NCBI GenBank assembly: GCA_039589315.1
Contig: JBDHHQ010000093.1
Coordinates: 1-40,998 of the forward strand
Length of the DNA stretch: 40,998 nucleotides
Direction: 5' to 3'
Origin: Gemmatimonadota bacterium
GTDB taxonomy: Bacteria; Gemmatimonadota; Gemmatimonadetes; Longimicrobiales; Gaopeijiaceae
The notes beneath the pieces were generated by a model that saw only the letters and a list, made by a program, of their open reading frames with translations, did not search any database and was not told the origin of the DNA. Shown here piece by piece: positions 28,266 to 37,069 of this stretch. The position numbers and the translations under genes were made by a program. Numbering within the stretch: the stretch's first letter is position 1; each line of letters opens with the position of its first letter.

Positions 28266-29939
28266 TCAGCGGCTCCCGCCCGCAGACGGCACAGCGTCGT
28301 CAGCGCCTCTGGCGACCCCGACCCCCCTGGGGTCGGCCCCACCCGAGAAGCTCGTCGGCGCCCGATCACCCCACTCGATCGTCAGCCCGTGCGCGTTCCC
28401 GAGCGCGTTCACAGTGCGGACTTCGTGCCCGCGCGCCGCGAGGGCGTCGCGAATCTCCTCCGCTACCCGTCGCTCCACCGCGAGCCCGTTCGGCTCTAGA
28501 AAGCTCACGCGCGGCGCGGCGATCGCCGACTGAATGTCCATACCGAAGTCGAGCACGTTCATCACGATCTGAGGAATCGTCTGGGCGATCGTGTGTCCTC
28601 CGGGTGTTCCGATGGCCATCCATGGCCGTCCTGCGTCGTCGAGCACGAACAGCGGCACGTCTCCAGAGAGCTTGCGGCGCCCCGGGTGCGCGTCCATCGG
28701 GTTTCCGGCCGGCTCGAACGTCGAGTACGCGAGCGAATTGTTCAGGAAGACGCCCGTACCCTCGGGCATGATGCGGGACCCGAATGCGTTGCCGAGCGTC
28801 TGCGTCGCCGAGACGACGTTCCCCCAGCGGTCCGCAACTGCGAAATGCGTGGTGTGCCGATCCGAATTCGCCGGCGTGAACGGCGGCTCGAAATCGTTGG
28901 CCCGCAGCGGGTCGAAGCCGGCGGCGATCCCCTCCAGGTAGGCCTCGCTGAAGAGGACGTCCAGAGGGGGCGGCGCGACGTCGGGGTCGCCGGCCCAGCG
29001 CAACCGGGTCCAGAAGGCGTGCTTGGTCGCTTCCGCGTACGTGTGCAGATAGTCGAGCGAGTTGTGACCCATGGACGCCACATCGAAGCGTGCCATGAGG
29101 CCTAGCCGGACGAGCGCGGGCCAAGAGTTGGCCGGCGGAGGCGGCACGATGACCCGGTGGCCGCGGTAGTCGATCTCGACCGGATCCCACCACTCGGCCT
29201 CGTTCTCGACGAGGTCGAGGAGTCTCAAGAAACCACCCGACTCGGTCATCGCGGCGTCGATGGCCTCGCCGATGGCGCCTCCATGGAAGGCCCCTGGCCC
29301 CTCGGATCCGACGGCGCGCAACGACCGCGCGAGATCGGCCTGCACGAGCCGCTCACCGGCACGCAGCGGTCGTCCGTCCCTTCCGAAGAAGCCCCGCGTG
29401 TACGGCGAGAAGTCCTCGAACGCTCTGGCGATGCTGCGGGCCACCGGCTCGCTCACCTGGTGCCCCTCCTCGGCGAGCCGTGCTGCTGGTTCCAGCACGT
29501 CGGCGAGGGGAAGGCGTCCGTAGGCGTGGAGCGCAGCCCACGCGTTGACGTTTCCGGGGGTGGACACCGCCTTGGGCCCCGTGCGGTTGGCCATGTAGTC
29601 GGGCGTGGGCGCGCGATACTGGTCGGGGTCGGTACCGATGGGGATACGCCCGGACGAGTTCAGGAAACGACTGCGCCCCTCGTCGACCGAGTACACGAGG
29701 ATGGTGCCGTAGCCCCCCATTCCCGACATCATCGGCTCTACCACGTTGAGTGCCGCAGCGACCGCCACGGCCGCGTCGAACGCGTTGCCGCCGGCCGTGA
29801 GGACATCTACGCCCACTTCGGTCGCCAGGGGATGGGCGCTCGAGACCATCCCGCCGGTGCCGACGGCAGCCTGCCCCGCCACATGCAGCGGGGCCGCGAG
29901 CAGCAGGAACAGAAGCGCGAAGCGACTCCGTTCGTTCAT
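28266..29939 (-). CDS. ggt: gamma-glutamyltransferase
   Basis: Signal peptide; GMVSSAHPLA, GGNAFDAAVA, VVEPMMSGMGG, HTTHFAVADRWGN (nucleophile Thr), GTPGG, GGADPRG. Confidence 0.95.
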   Translation of the reverse strand: MNERSRFALLFLLLAAPLHVAGQAAVGTGGMVSSAHPLATEVGVDVLTAGGNAFDAAVAVAAALNVVEPMMSGMGGYGTILVYSVDEGRSRFLNSSGRIPIGTDPDQYRAPTPDYMANRTGPKAVSTPGNVNAWAALHAYGRLPLADVLEPAARLAEEGHQVSEPVARSIARAFEDFSPYTRGFFGRDGRPLRAGERLVQADLARSLRAVGSEGPGAFHGGAIGEAIDAAMTESGGFLRLLDLVENEAEWWDPVEIDYRGHRVIVPPPPANSWPALVRLGLMARFDVASMGHNSLDYLHTYAEATKHAFWTRLRWAGDPDVAPPPLDVLFSEAYLEGIAAGFDPLRANDFEPPFTPANSDRHTTHFAVADRWGNVVSATQTLGNAFGSRIMPEGTGVFLNNSLAYSTFEPAGNPMDAHPGRRKLSGDVPLFVLDDAGRPWMAIGTPGGHTIAQTIPQIVMNVLDFGMDIQSAIAAPRVSFLEPNGLAVERRVAEEIRDALAARGHEVRTVNALGNAHGLTIEWGDRAPTSFSGGADPRGVGVARGADDAVPSAGGSR

Positions 29940-30278
29940 AGGATCACCTTTCCTAGCTTTGCTCTAAGACGTGCTTCAAGCGTCGATAATCGCCGGCTAC
30001 AGAGCGCCGCACCATCGCCCGCATCAAGGGCGCGACGATTCGTGAACGGCCAGGAGTGCCCTTCATCCATCCGTCCCTCTCCGCACGCGAGCGGCTACCT
30101 AATCCTGATGGCTTTGGAGCGCCTTGAGGCTGACCTCTGGTGTGACCCCGACCTCAGACCATACCTCAGCGTCACTCCGATGGGGGCTCACGTCAGCCGC
30201 GAGGCGACTCTGAGGCCAGCCTGGGAGTATTCCTTCCGATGTGGCTCTGGCCCTGGCCCGGAGAAGGGGGGGATGATC

Positions 30279-32960
30279 CTAATCGTGGCGCAGGGCTTCA
30301 GAGGGATCGACGGACAGGGCCCTCCGGACCGGCATGAATGCGGCGGCCAGAGCGATGGCCAGAAGCGCGGGACCCATCAAACCCAAGGCGATGGGATCCG
30401 TGGGCGTGACGCCGTAGAGGAGTCCCGACATCAGGCGGCCCAGAGCCAGGGCGCTCACTCCCCCAATCAGAATCCCCACGAAGATGTCGCGGACCGCCCG
30501 GTTCAGCACGAGGCCGACCACGTGAGTCTTCCCGCCCCCCAGGGCCACCCGGAGGCCGATCTCTCGTGTGCGTCGGCTGGTCGAATAGGACATGACGCCG
30601 TAGACGCTTACGGTCGTCAGAAGGGCGGCGGTCCCGGCGAAGAGCATCATGAGCGTGGTGATGAACCCCATCTCCCGCCGGTCTTCCACCATGCTCTCTG
30701 CCATGGTGGAGACCTCGAATAGCGCCTGGGTGGGATCGATCTCACGAACGAGCTCCCGGACCTGACTGACCACGGCGGCCCTGTTGCCGGGCGCTCGCAC
30801 GAAGATGTTGGTCCGTGCAAGGGGATCCTGAGCCAAAGGGATGTAGACGTCCCTGAGGATCTCACTGTGAATCTGTCCGAGTCCCCGCATTCGGGCATCG
30901 GACACCACGCCCACGACGGCGGGCGGCTCGCTGAATCCACCCACGACCCTTTGGCCAAGGGCCCCTTCCCCCGGCCAGAGGGCATTGGCGGCAGACTCGC
31001 TGACGACGATGCTGGGAGGAGAGTCGGCCTGGTCCGTTTCGTCGAGCATACGCCCCTCGACGAGCTCCAGTCCCAGGCGCTCGAGGGCGCCGGGGCTGAC
31101 GAAGTGGACGAAGGTGTGCAATCCGGCGAATGAGGGATCCGACTCCCGCCCTTCCGGCGCGATGACGCGGAAGAACGAGCTGGACCCTGGCAGGCCCGGG
31201 CCCCAGAGCCCCGCGTCGCTGATGCCGGGGAGTTCCGCCAAACGTCCTTCCAGCTCTCGGTAGGTGACCCGGAGTCGGTCGCGTTCGTACTCCTCACCGT
31301 CCAGCAGAAGCTGCATGTAGACCAGGTCGTCCGTGTTGAAGCCGTAGTCCGTGTGGTTGAACACATAAAGGCTGCGCACCACCAGGCTGGCCCCGGCCAG
31401 GACCGCTACGCTCACGGCAACCTGCGCGATGACCATGCCACGCCGCAGGAGGTTCCGCTCGCGGCTGCGTCCACCCACCCCCGCCTGTCGGAGGGAGGAG
31501 TGAAAGTCACTTCGGGTGCTGCGGAGCACGGGCACGAGTCCGAAGAGGAGGGTCGTCGCCAGAGCCAGCAGCAAGGTCAGGAGGAAGACGCTGCTGTGCA
31601 CCGTCACCTCTGAAAAGGAGTACATGTTCAGAGGATTGCCTGCGAAGATCAGCTTGATGACCAACCAGGCGAGGCCCAATCCGACGCCACCGGCCACGAG
31701 TGTGATGGAGATTCCCTCGGACAACGCCTGATAGACGAACCTGGCGGGTGTGGCTCCCAGAGCCATACGGACCGAGAACTCCTCGGAGCGTTCGACGAAA
31801 CGGGCCACCAGCAGGAGCGTGACGCTGAGGCAGCTCAACAGGAAGACAAGTCCGGCCCCGACCCCCAGGACCGTAACTACCTGATTCAACCTCCCGAAGT
31901 CGCCCCGTAGGTCTGAGAAGGAGGTGATGTGTGCTTCTGTGCCCGCGTTGGCCTCAGGGTATTCCTGCTGCAAGGCGAGGGACACGGCCCGCATGCCGGC
32001 TTGCGCCTGTTCGATGCTGACGCCCTCCCGGAGCCGCCCGACCACGATGGACGTAGTGGAACCCCGGCTCGTATAGATGCCCGCTGACGGCGCAAATCGG
32101 CCTCTCCCGTACGGCACGACGAGATCGAACGGCTCATGGAGCAACCAACGGGCTCTGGGTGACATGACCCCGGCCACGACATGGGGTTGGCCGCCTAGAT
32201 TGACTGTCGTCCCTACGATCTCCGGATCCTCGCCGAACACGGATTGCCAGAAGCCATAACTGAGAACAACCGCCGTCTCGCTCGAGGACGGCTGGTTGTC
32301 CTCTTCCACCAAGGGGCGCCCCAGGGTCATGTCGATGTCGAGAGCCTCGAAAAAATAGGGATCGACGTGGGTCACCATGACCCGCACGTTCCCCTCGGCC
32401 CTCCGAACCGACGAGGCCCAGATCGTGTACGCGGCCAGACCCTCGAAGAAGGGTTCCCCGCCCTCGGCCCAGTCCTGGATGTTCAGGTAGGACGTCGCCT
32501 CACGCACGTGCATGGGCTCGGGGCCTTGTCTCCACAGAAGGACGATTCGATCGGGATCATCGAAGGGCACCGCGCCCATGAAGATCGAGTGCCCGAGGGT
32601 CGTGACGATGGTCACGAAGGAGATCCCGAGGGCCAGGATGAGAATCACCAGCGAGGTGAAGCCGGGCCGCCGGAAGAAAGACCTGAGACCGTAGATCACA
32701 TCCTTGGTGGGCATCGTAGGGATCCTTCTGTGTAGGACGGGATCTCGAGCGTGTCGGACCCGTGAGAAGAGACGGAAAGCGCCGGCGCTGGAACTGAAGG
32801 CTTGTTTCCAGTACCAGCGGGCGGCGCTGCTGCGCCCCATCTGAGCACTGCGCTCGGCGAACTCTTCCTGTAGGTCGCCCAACACGAACTCTGCGACTTC
32901 GGACTCCAGCGCAATGCGCAGTAGGAGGGTCGCCAGGCGTGGAGGGGTGCTTCGACTCAC
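30279..32960 (-). CDS. ABC transporter permease, duplicated MacB_PCD/FtsX (ADOP-type)
   Basis: PPRLA..LL..GDLQEEF..WYWKQ N-terminus, RRPGFT, RRTREIGLRVALG, PVRRALSVDPSEALRHD; GTG overlaps the PadR stop. Confidence 0.92.
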   Translation of the reverse strand: MSRSTPPRLATLLLRIALESEVAEFVLGDLQEEFAERSAQMGRSSAARWYWKQAFSSSAGAFRLFSRVRHARDPVLHRRIPTMPTKDVIYGLRSFFRRPGFTSLVILILALGISFVTIVTTLGHSIFMGAVPFDDPDRIVLLWRQGPEPMHVREATSYLNIQDWAEGGEPFFEGLAAYTIWASSVRRAEGNVRVMVTHVDPYFFEALDIDMTLGRPLVEEDNQPSSSETAVVLSYGFWQSVFGEDPEIVGTTVNLGGQPHVVAGVMSPRARWLLHEPFDLVVPYGRGRFAPSAGIYTSRGSTTSIVVGRLREGVSIEQAQAGMRAVSLALQQEYPEANAGTEAHITSFSDLRGDFGRLNQVVTVLGVGAGLVFLLSCLSVTLLLVARFVERSEEFSVRMALGATPARFVYQALSEGISITLVAGGVGLGLAWLVIKLIFAGNPLNMYSFSEVTVHSSVFLLTLLLALATTLLFGLVPVLRSTRSDFHSSLRQAGVGGRSRERNLLRRGMVIAQVAVSVAVLAGASLVVRSLYVFNHTDYGFNTDDLVYMQLLLDGEEYERDRLRVTYRELEGRLAELPGISDAGLWGPGLPGSSSFFRVIAPEGRESDPSFAGLHTFVHFVSPGALERLGLELVEGRMLDETDQADSPPSIVVSESAANALWPGEGALGQRVVGGFSEPPAVVGVVSDARMRGLGQIHSEILRDVYIPLAQDPLARTNIFVRAPGNRAAVVSQVRELVREIDPTQALFEVSTMAESMVEDRREMGFITTLMMLFAGTAALLTTVSVYGVMSYSTSRRTREIGLRVALGGGKTHVVGLVLNRAVRDIFVGILIGGVSALALGRLMSGLLYGVTPTDPIALGLMGPALLAIALAAAFMPVRRALSVDPSEALRHD

Positions 32961-33313
32961 TCTCCTGCACCCGCATCTAGGCGGGCAACCGCCGCGGCAA
33001 TCTTCGGGCCCAGCCCTTCCGCCATCCTGGTGTAGTCGGTGTAGGAGTTCTGTAGCGCAACGACGCCGGGGTCCTCCAGGCAGTAGTGCCGCTTGCGCCT
33101 TCCCCCGCGCTCCGCCGTGGGCTCTCCGACCTGCGACGAGACCAGGCCCCGCTGCTCCAGCCTTTTGAGTGCGGTGTAGAGGGCGCCGGTGGAGACTTCG
33201 CGCCCCGTGCGCTCCTCGACCTCGCGTCGGAGGGCAAGGCCATAGGCCCCGGGGCCGAGACGCAGCATCGCCAGCAGAATCAGTTCTTCAAAGCGGCCCA
33301 GGGAATCTCGCAT
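32957..33313 (-). CDS. PadR family transcriptional regulator
   Basis: LGRFEELILLAMLRLG..AYG..GALYTALKRLEQRGLV...ERGGRRKRHY. Confidence 0.93.
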   Translation of the reverse strand: MRDSLGRFEELILLAMLRLGPGAYGLALRREVEERTGREVSTGALYTALKRLEQRGLVSSQVGEPTAERGGRRKRHYCLEDPGVVALQNSYTDYTRMAEGLGPKIAAAVARLDAGAGE

Positions 33314-33350
33314 TTCCCTTCTACGTCCTTTGATCACGACTCCAAGTGAT

Positions 33351-33403
33351 TACTATAGCAATGCAATACATATATTAGTATCGCAGAGCAGCACATATGT
33401 CAA
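33351..33403 (-). promoter_or_regulatory. sigma-70-type promoter and AT-rich palindromic operator for padR
   Basis: TTGACA (33403-33398), 17 nt, TACTAA (weak -10); imperfect palindrome TATTGCATTGCTATA downstream. Confidence 0.55.
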
Positions 33404-33649
33404 GAAAGGGTCTGGCTTCGGTTGGCTGAGCAGCAGCGTTCGTTGGGGAGGGATCAGAGAAGCATGGGTATTCCCTTCCCCTCGGGACCCGAGCCGACCG
33501 ACGTCGAAGCACACGTTTGGTCTCTGGTTGCAGAAGGCGAAGCGTCGATGGGTAGAGTCGGTGCCGCCGCTAACAGCTAGGTGCTGTCCGCGCGGCCTGT
33601 GCTGATGCAGACCCAGGCGAGGACGCACGCATATGTGCGCGGGGTCGTT

Positions 33650-33901
33650 TCAGCGACTCCTAAACCAGCCCCAACCACGTCTCATCGACTGCTCCACCAC
33701 CTCCACCCACTGCTCGAAGGAGTCAGCGGGCCAGTTGTTGTCAACCTTGAGCATCTTGACATCATATTGACTTGGAGAGCCACCGTACCAGTTCGACCAG
33801 CCCTCGCCAGGCACCCAGACCAAAGGAACGTCGAACTCCTTGATGATGAACTTCGTACCGGGCGGGAAATCCGAAGCGCTCGGAAGTCGAGGTTTCTTCA
33901 T
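33650..33901 (-). CDS. hypothetical protein (83 aa, Trp-rich, lower GC)
   Basis: MKKPRLPSASDFPPGTKFIIKEFDVPLVWVPGEGWSNWYGG...; globular-looking composition; no family recognised. Confidence 0.6.
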   Translation of the reverse strand: MKKPRLPSASDFPPGTKFIIKEFDVPLVWVPGEGWSNWYGGSPSQYDVKMLKVDNNWPADSFEQWVEVVEQSMRRGWGWFRSR

Positions 33902-34035
33902 AACATCGACTATGTGAGGAAGGCGTTTCTAATGGACTTGCGATTCTGCTGAGCAACCTGGGTGCAGACCGCGCAGCGACGTGAACACGGTAGGTCTGAA
34001 CGGAGCCGGCGATCAAGGCTCATCGCTCCGGAGCG

Positions 34036-34158
34036 CAGGAGGAACTTGAGCGCGGCGAACCGGCCTAGCCGAAGGTCCTCGGCCTTGTAGATGACACCCA
34101 TGCCCCCGCCCCCCAACTTCTCGAGCACTCGGTAATGGGAAACGAGTTCACCTTCCAT
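34036..34158 (-). pseudogene. N-terminal stub of a Ser/Thr kinase
   Basis: [40 protein letters not shown] with a G-rich RBS; similarity stops after subdomain II. Confidence 0.88.
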
Positions 34159-34219
34159 ATGCCCCCCCTGTAGGAGCGATCATCAGACGATATGTCGTGG
34201 GCCGTGCGGCCGAGCGGGG

Positions 34220-34272
34220 CGCCCACTGAACGAGCTTGCGCTCCTTGAGCCGGGCCGGGTCACGAGGGATAT
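34220..34272 (-). pseudogene. degenerate stub of a further TolB-N/TPR paralog
   Basis: ATA(ex-ATG) TCC CTC GTG ACC CGG + 5-nt duplication + LKERKLVQWA, starting 3 nt after the upstream stop, as at 22896. Confidence 0.7.
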
Positions 34273-34275
34273 GGG

Positions 34276-36363
34276 TTAGTTCACGCTCGGGGGGGTCTCC
34301 AGCAGCGCCTGAAAGCGAGGATGGTCCCGGAGGGGATCCCAGATGGGATCGACCTCGAGAATGGGGACCGTCAGCCAGGACGGGGCGGGCAGAAGCTCCT
34401 CTAGCAAGTCGATGGCCGCCTCGTGCTCGCCGAAGTGGGCGTAGACGCGGGCGACGACGGCGCAACGAAGCCTCGCTTCCACCGATCTGCAAGCAGACCC
34501 CCGGCTCGGCCCTTCGGGAGATCCTTCGGCGGTCGCCCCGAACTCCTCCAACAGCCGACCTGCACCCTCCATCGCGGCGCTTCGTTCCTCCAGCCCCATG
34601 TACGCGTGGATCAGGCTCACGAGGCGTTGCCCCGCCGTCTCTCCCGGCGCGTCCATGGTGAGGGCCGCCCCTTCGAGCTTGATCCGCACCGAGTCCCAAT
34701 GGGCGCGCGCGAGATCTGAGCGTCCCAGGGCAGCCTCGTGAATCGCGGCGTTCGCGAAGTACCACCAGCGAAGCTGCCCTTCCTCGTCTTTACAGGTGAG
34801 ACACGAGGTCAGCCATCCGTCGAAGGCTCGCACCCGCTGTTCCGCATCGAGGAGCCGTTCAGCCACTCGTTGGGGGCCGTCCTCACGGTGCGCGTAGAAG
34901 GCCCCCGGCCCGTCTCGCAGTAGCTCGGCGGTCGCGGCCGCTGCTCGCTCCCGGTCCCCTCGAGCGATGTGAATGAACACCCTTCTCAGGCCGATCCGTC
35001 CATCCGGCGTCGGCGTGAGCGCGGCCTGCCGATCTGCCGCGTCCAGAGCGTCGTCATACCGATGCGCGGTGATATACGCGTACTGCAGCCTTCTCGGCAC
35101 GAGTGGATCGCGCGGATGCATCCGCTCCAGGCGTTCGTAGGCCTCGATCGCCGCGTCGAGATCCCCGAGTTGCTCTCGGTACGATGCCAGCTGCAGGGCA
35201 ATCTCGAGGTCGCCCGGCGTAGTCTTTTGAGCTGCCGCGAGTTGGGCCAATGCGTCCTCGACTCGTCCCGAGGCCCAGTTGGCTCTCGCCAGAGCGAGTT
35301 GGGCATCCGGCAGGTCAGGGGAAACGGAGAGCGCACGTCTCGCCAACCCCTCGACGCGCTCAGGCGCGGCCCCTGTGTATGCGAAGGTGTAGGTTCCCGA
35401 GAGGGCGAGCCTCGCGAGCGCCAGCGAGAATCCCGGGTCGAGCTGGATGGCAGACTCGTACCAGCGGATGGAGGGCATTTCCGTCCACTCCGTGAACGTC
35501 CCGCGCAGTCTCTCGCTTCGGTAAGCCTCGTTGCCCCGCATGAAGGCTTCGAGAGCTTCCAGGCTCTCGGTGGGGACCGCCTCGAGCCAGTGCAGGTCTT
35601 CGGGAGCGATGGCGGCGCGTAGCTGGTACGCGATGCGCTGCACGATCTCGGCCTGGAGGCCGAAGTAGGCGTCGGGCGAATAAGCTGCGTCGAAGTTCTC
35701 CGCCCACAGGTGCACATCGGTGTCGCCCTGGATCAGCTGGACAGTGATCCGCACGGAGTCGCCGCCCACGCGCGCGCTGCCCTCGAGAAGATAGTCCGCT
35801 CCGAGCTCTTCGGCGATCTGCCGAAGCGCGGGGCGGTTCGCCGGATCCCGGTATTGCTCGAGAGAGGAGCGAGAGACCACCGCCAACGAAGGAATCCGGC
35901 TGAGCGTGGACGTGAGATCCTCCTGTACGCCCGCCGCGAAGAAAGCGTCCTTCGGATCGGGACTCAGGTTGTCTAGTGGGAGCACCGCGATTCTGGGCCG
36001 CTGGTCTTCGCTGCGGGCTCGCTCCTGTTCCGCCAGGTCCCCGGTGGTGACCTGGGCCGGGCCTTCACGATCGCCGAGGGTCGATAGCGCTACGCCCGCG
36101 ACGACCAGTAGAGCTGAGACCATCACCAGCTCGGGTCCACTGACCCGTTGTCGCCCCCTTTCTCCGTGGTACCAGGCGAGAACGAGGGTGACGAAGAAGC
36201 CGACTCCGGCGAGCAGGGTCAGCGCGCGGACGAAGAACTCCGGCCACCCAAAGCGGTCCGAAACGAAGCCCGTGGCTTCGAGGAAGACCCAGGCTCCGGC
36301 GGCGTAGGCCAGAGCCCACTGGAACAGCTTCCGCTCTTTCAGGCGGTCGAAGAACGACGCCAT
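34276..36363 (-). CDS. membrane-anchored TolB-N + TPR protein (paralog of 22900-24876)
   Basis: Same MASFFDRLKERKLFQWALAY N-terminus; IAVLPLDNLSPDPKDAFFAAG; PTESLEA; TPRs; DPIWDPLRDHPRFQALL. Confidence 0.9.
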   Translation of the reverse strand: MASFFDRLKERKLFQWALAYAAGAWVFLEATGFVSDRFGWPEFFVRALTLLAGVGFFVTLVLAWYHGERGRQRVSGPELVMVSALLVVAGVALSTLGDREGPAQVTTGDLAEQERARSEDQRPRIAVLPLDNLSPDPKDAFFAAGVQEDLTSTLSRIPSLAVVSRSSLEQYRDPANRPALRQIAEELGADYLLEGSARVGGDSVRITVQLIQGDTDVHLWAENFDAAYSPDAYFGLQAEIVQRIAYQLRAAIAPEDLHWLEAVPTESLEALEAFMRGNEAYRSERLRGTFTEWTEMPSIRWYESAIQLDPGFSLALARLALSGTYTFAYTGAAPERVEGLARRALSVSPDLPDAQLALARANWASGRVEDALAQLAAAQKTTPGDLEIALQLASYREQLGDLDAAIEAYERLERMHPRDPLVPRRLQYAYITAHRYDDALDAADRQAALTPTPDGRIGLRRVFIHIARGDRERAAAATAELLRDGPGAFYAHREDGPQRVAERLLDAEQRVRAFDGWLTSCLTCKDEEGQLRWWYFANAAIHEAALGRSDLARAHWDSVRIKLEGAALTMDAPGETAGQRLVSLIHAYMGLEERSAAMEGAGRLLEEFGATAEGSPEGPSRGSACRSVEARLRCAVVARVYAHFGEHEAAIDLLEELLPAPSWLTVPILEVDPIWDPLRDHPRFQALLETPPSVN

Positions 36364-36405
36364 GGCGAAGACTCTCGGGCGAGAGGAACCGACAGCTTCA
36401 CACAC

Positions 36406-36491
36406 CAGCACACCGAGGGGAGGGCTTGGGGCCACGTCAGGTAGGTGAGTCGTCCCGCCAGAAGTCGCGGGTGGCCCGTCCATGTGCCGAC
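36406..36491 (-). ncRNA. candidate structured RNA element, copy 3
   Basis: CGGCACAT/GTGTGCTG (two G-U pairs replace G-C pairs of copy 2), GGGCCA/TGGCCC, CCCGC/GCGGG; invariant core. Confidence 0.65.
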
Positions 36492-36684
36492 CCTACGAAG
36501 TTGTGGAGTCGAGAGTCCTGAGGGCAAGACTGGGAGGGGGCCTGGACGTAGGCTCGGCTTCGATCTAACCCCGCGGGCACCTCACGCCGCAGAGGCGTGG
36601 GGTCGCCAAGCGCCTTGTTGACCTGGGCCCAAGGACGTCCGGGCGCGACACGGCGTGCCGAGCGGGTGCCTGACAGAGAACGAA

Positions 36685-36711
36685 GCCCGCCGAGCTGGCC
36701 GCTCGGCGGGC
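36685..36711 (-). terminator. terminator-like hairpin downstream of tRNA-Ile
   Basis: Perfect 11-bp stem GCCCGCCGAGC/GCTCGGCGGGC followed by TTCGTTCT on the minus strand. Confidence 0.7.
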
Positions 36712-36721
36712 CTCGTGAAAA

Positions 36722-36795
<74 letters not shown>

Positions 36796-37069
36796 TTGAA
36801 GGGGCACCAAAGCTACCACTGACGGGGCGCCGCTTCAACCTCCGCGTGGGCCGGCGAGGCCCCGCCGTAACGGGCACGCTCCACCCAATGACCTAAGGAC
36901 CTCCCAGCCCCAACGCTCACTGCCCCCACCTGTCGTTGGCACAGCCTCGTCCTTGCCCCCACCCCGCTCCACCCTCACGATGCCCTTGGCACTCGCCCAG
37001 GCCAGCTCCAACAGCACCGGCCCAGGCGAGCACCCCGACCCATCGCCGCATCACCATCCGGGAGGCCCC

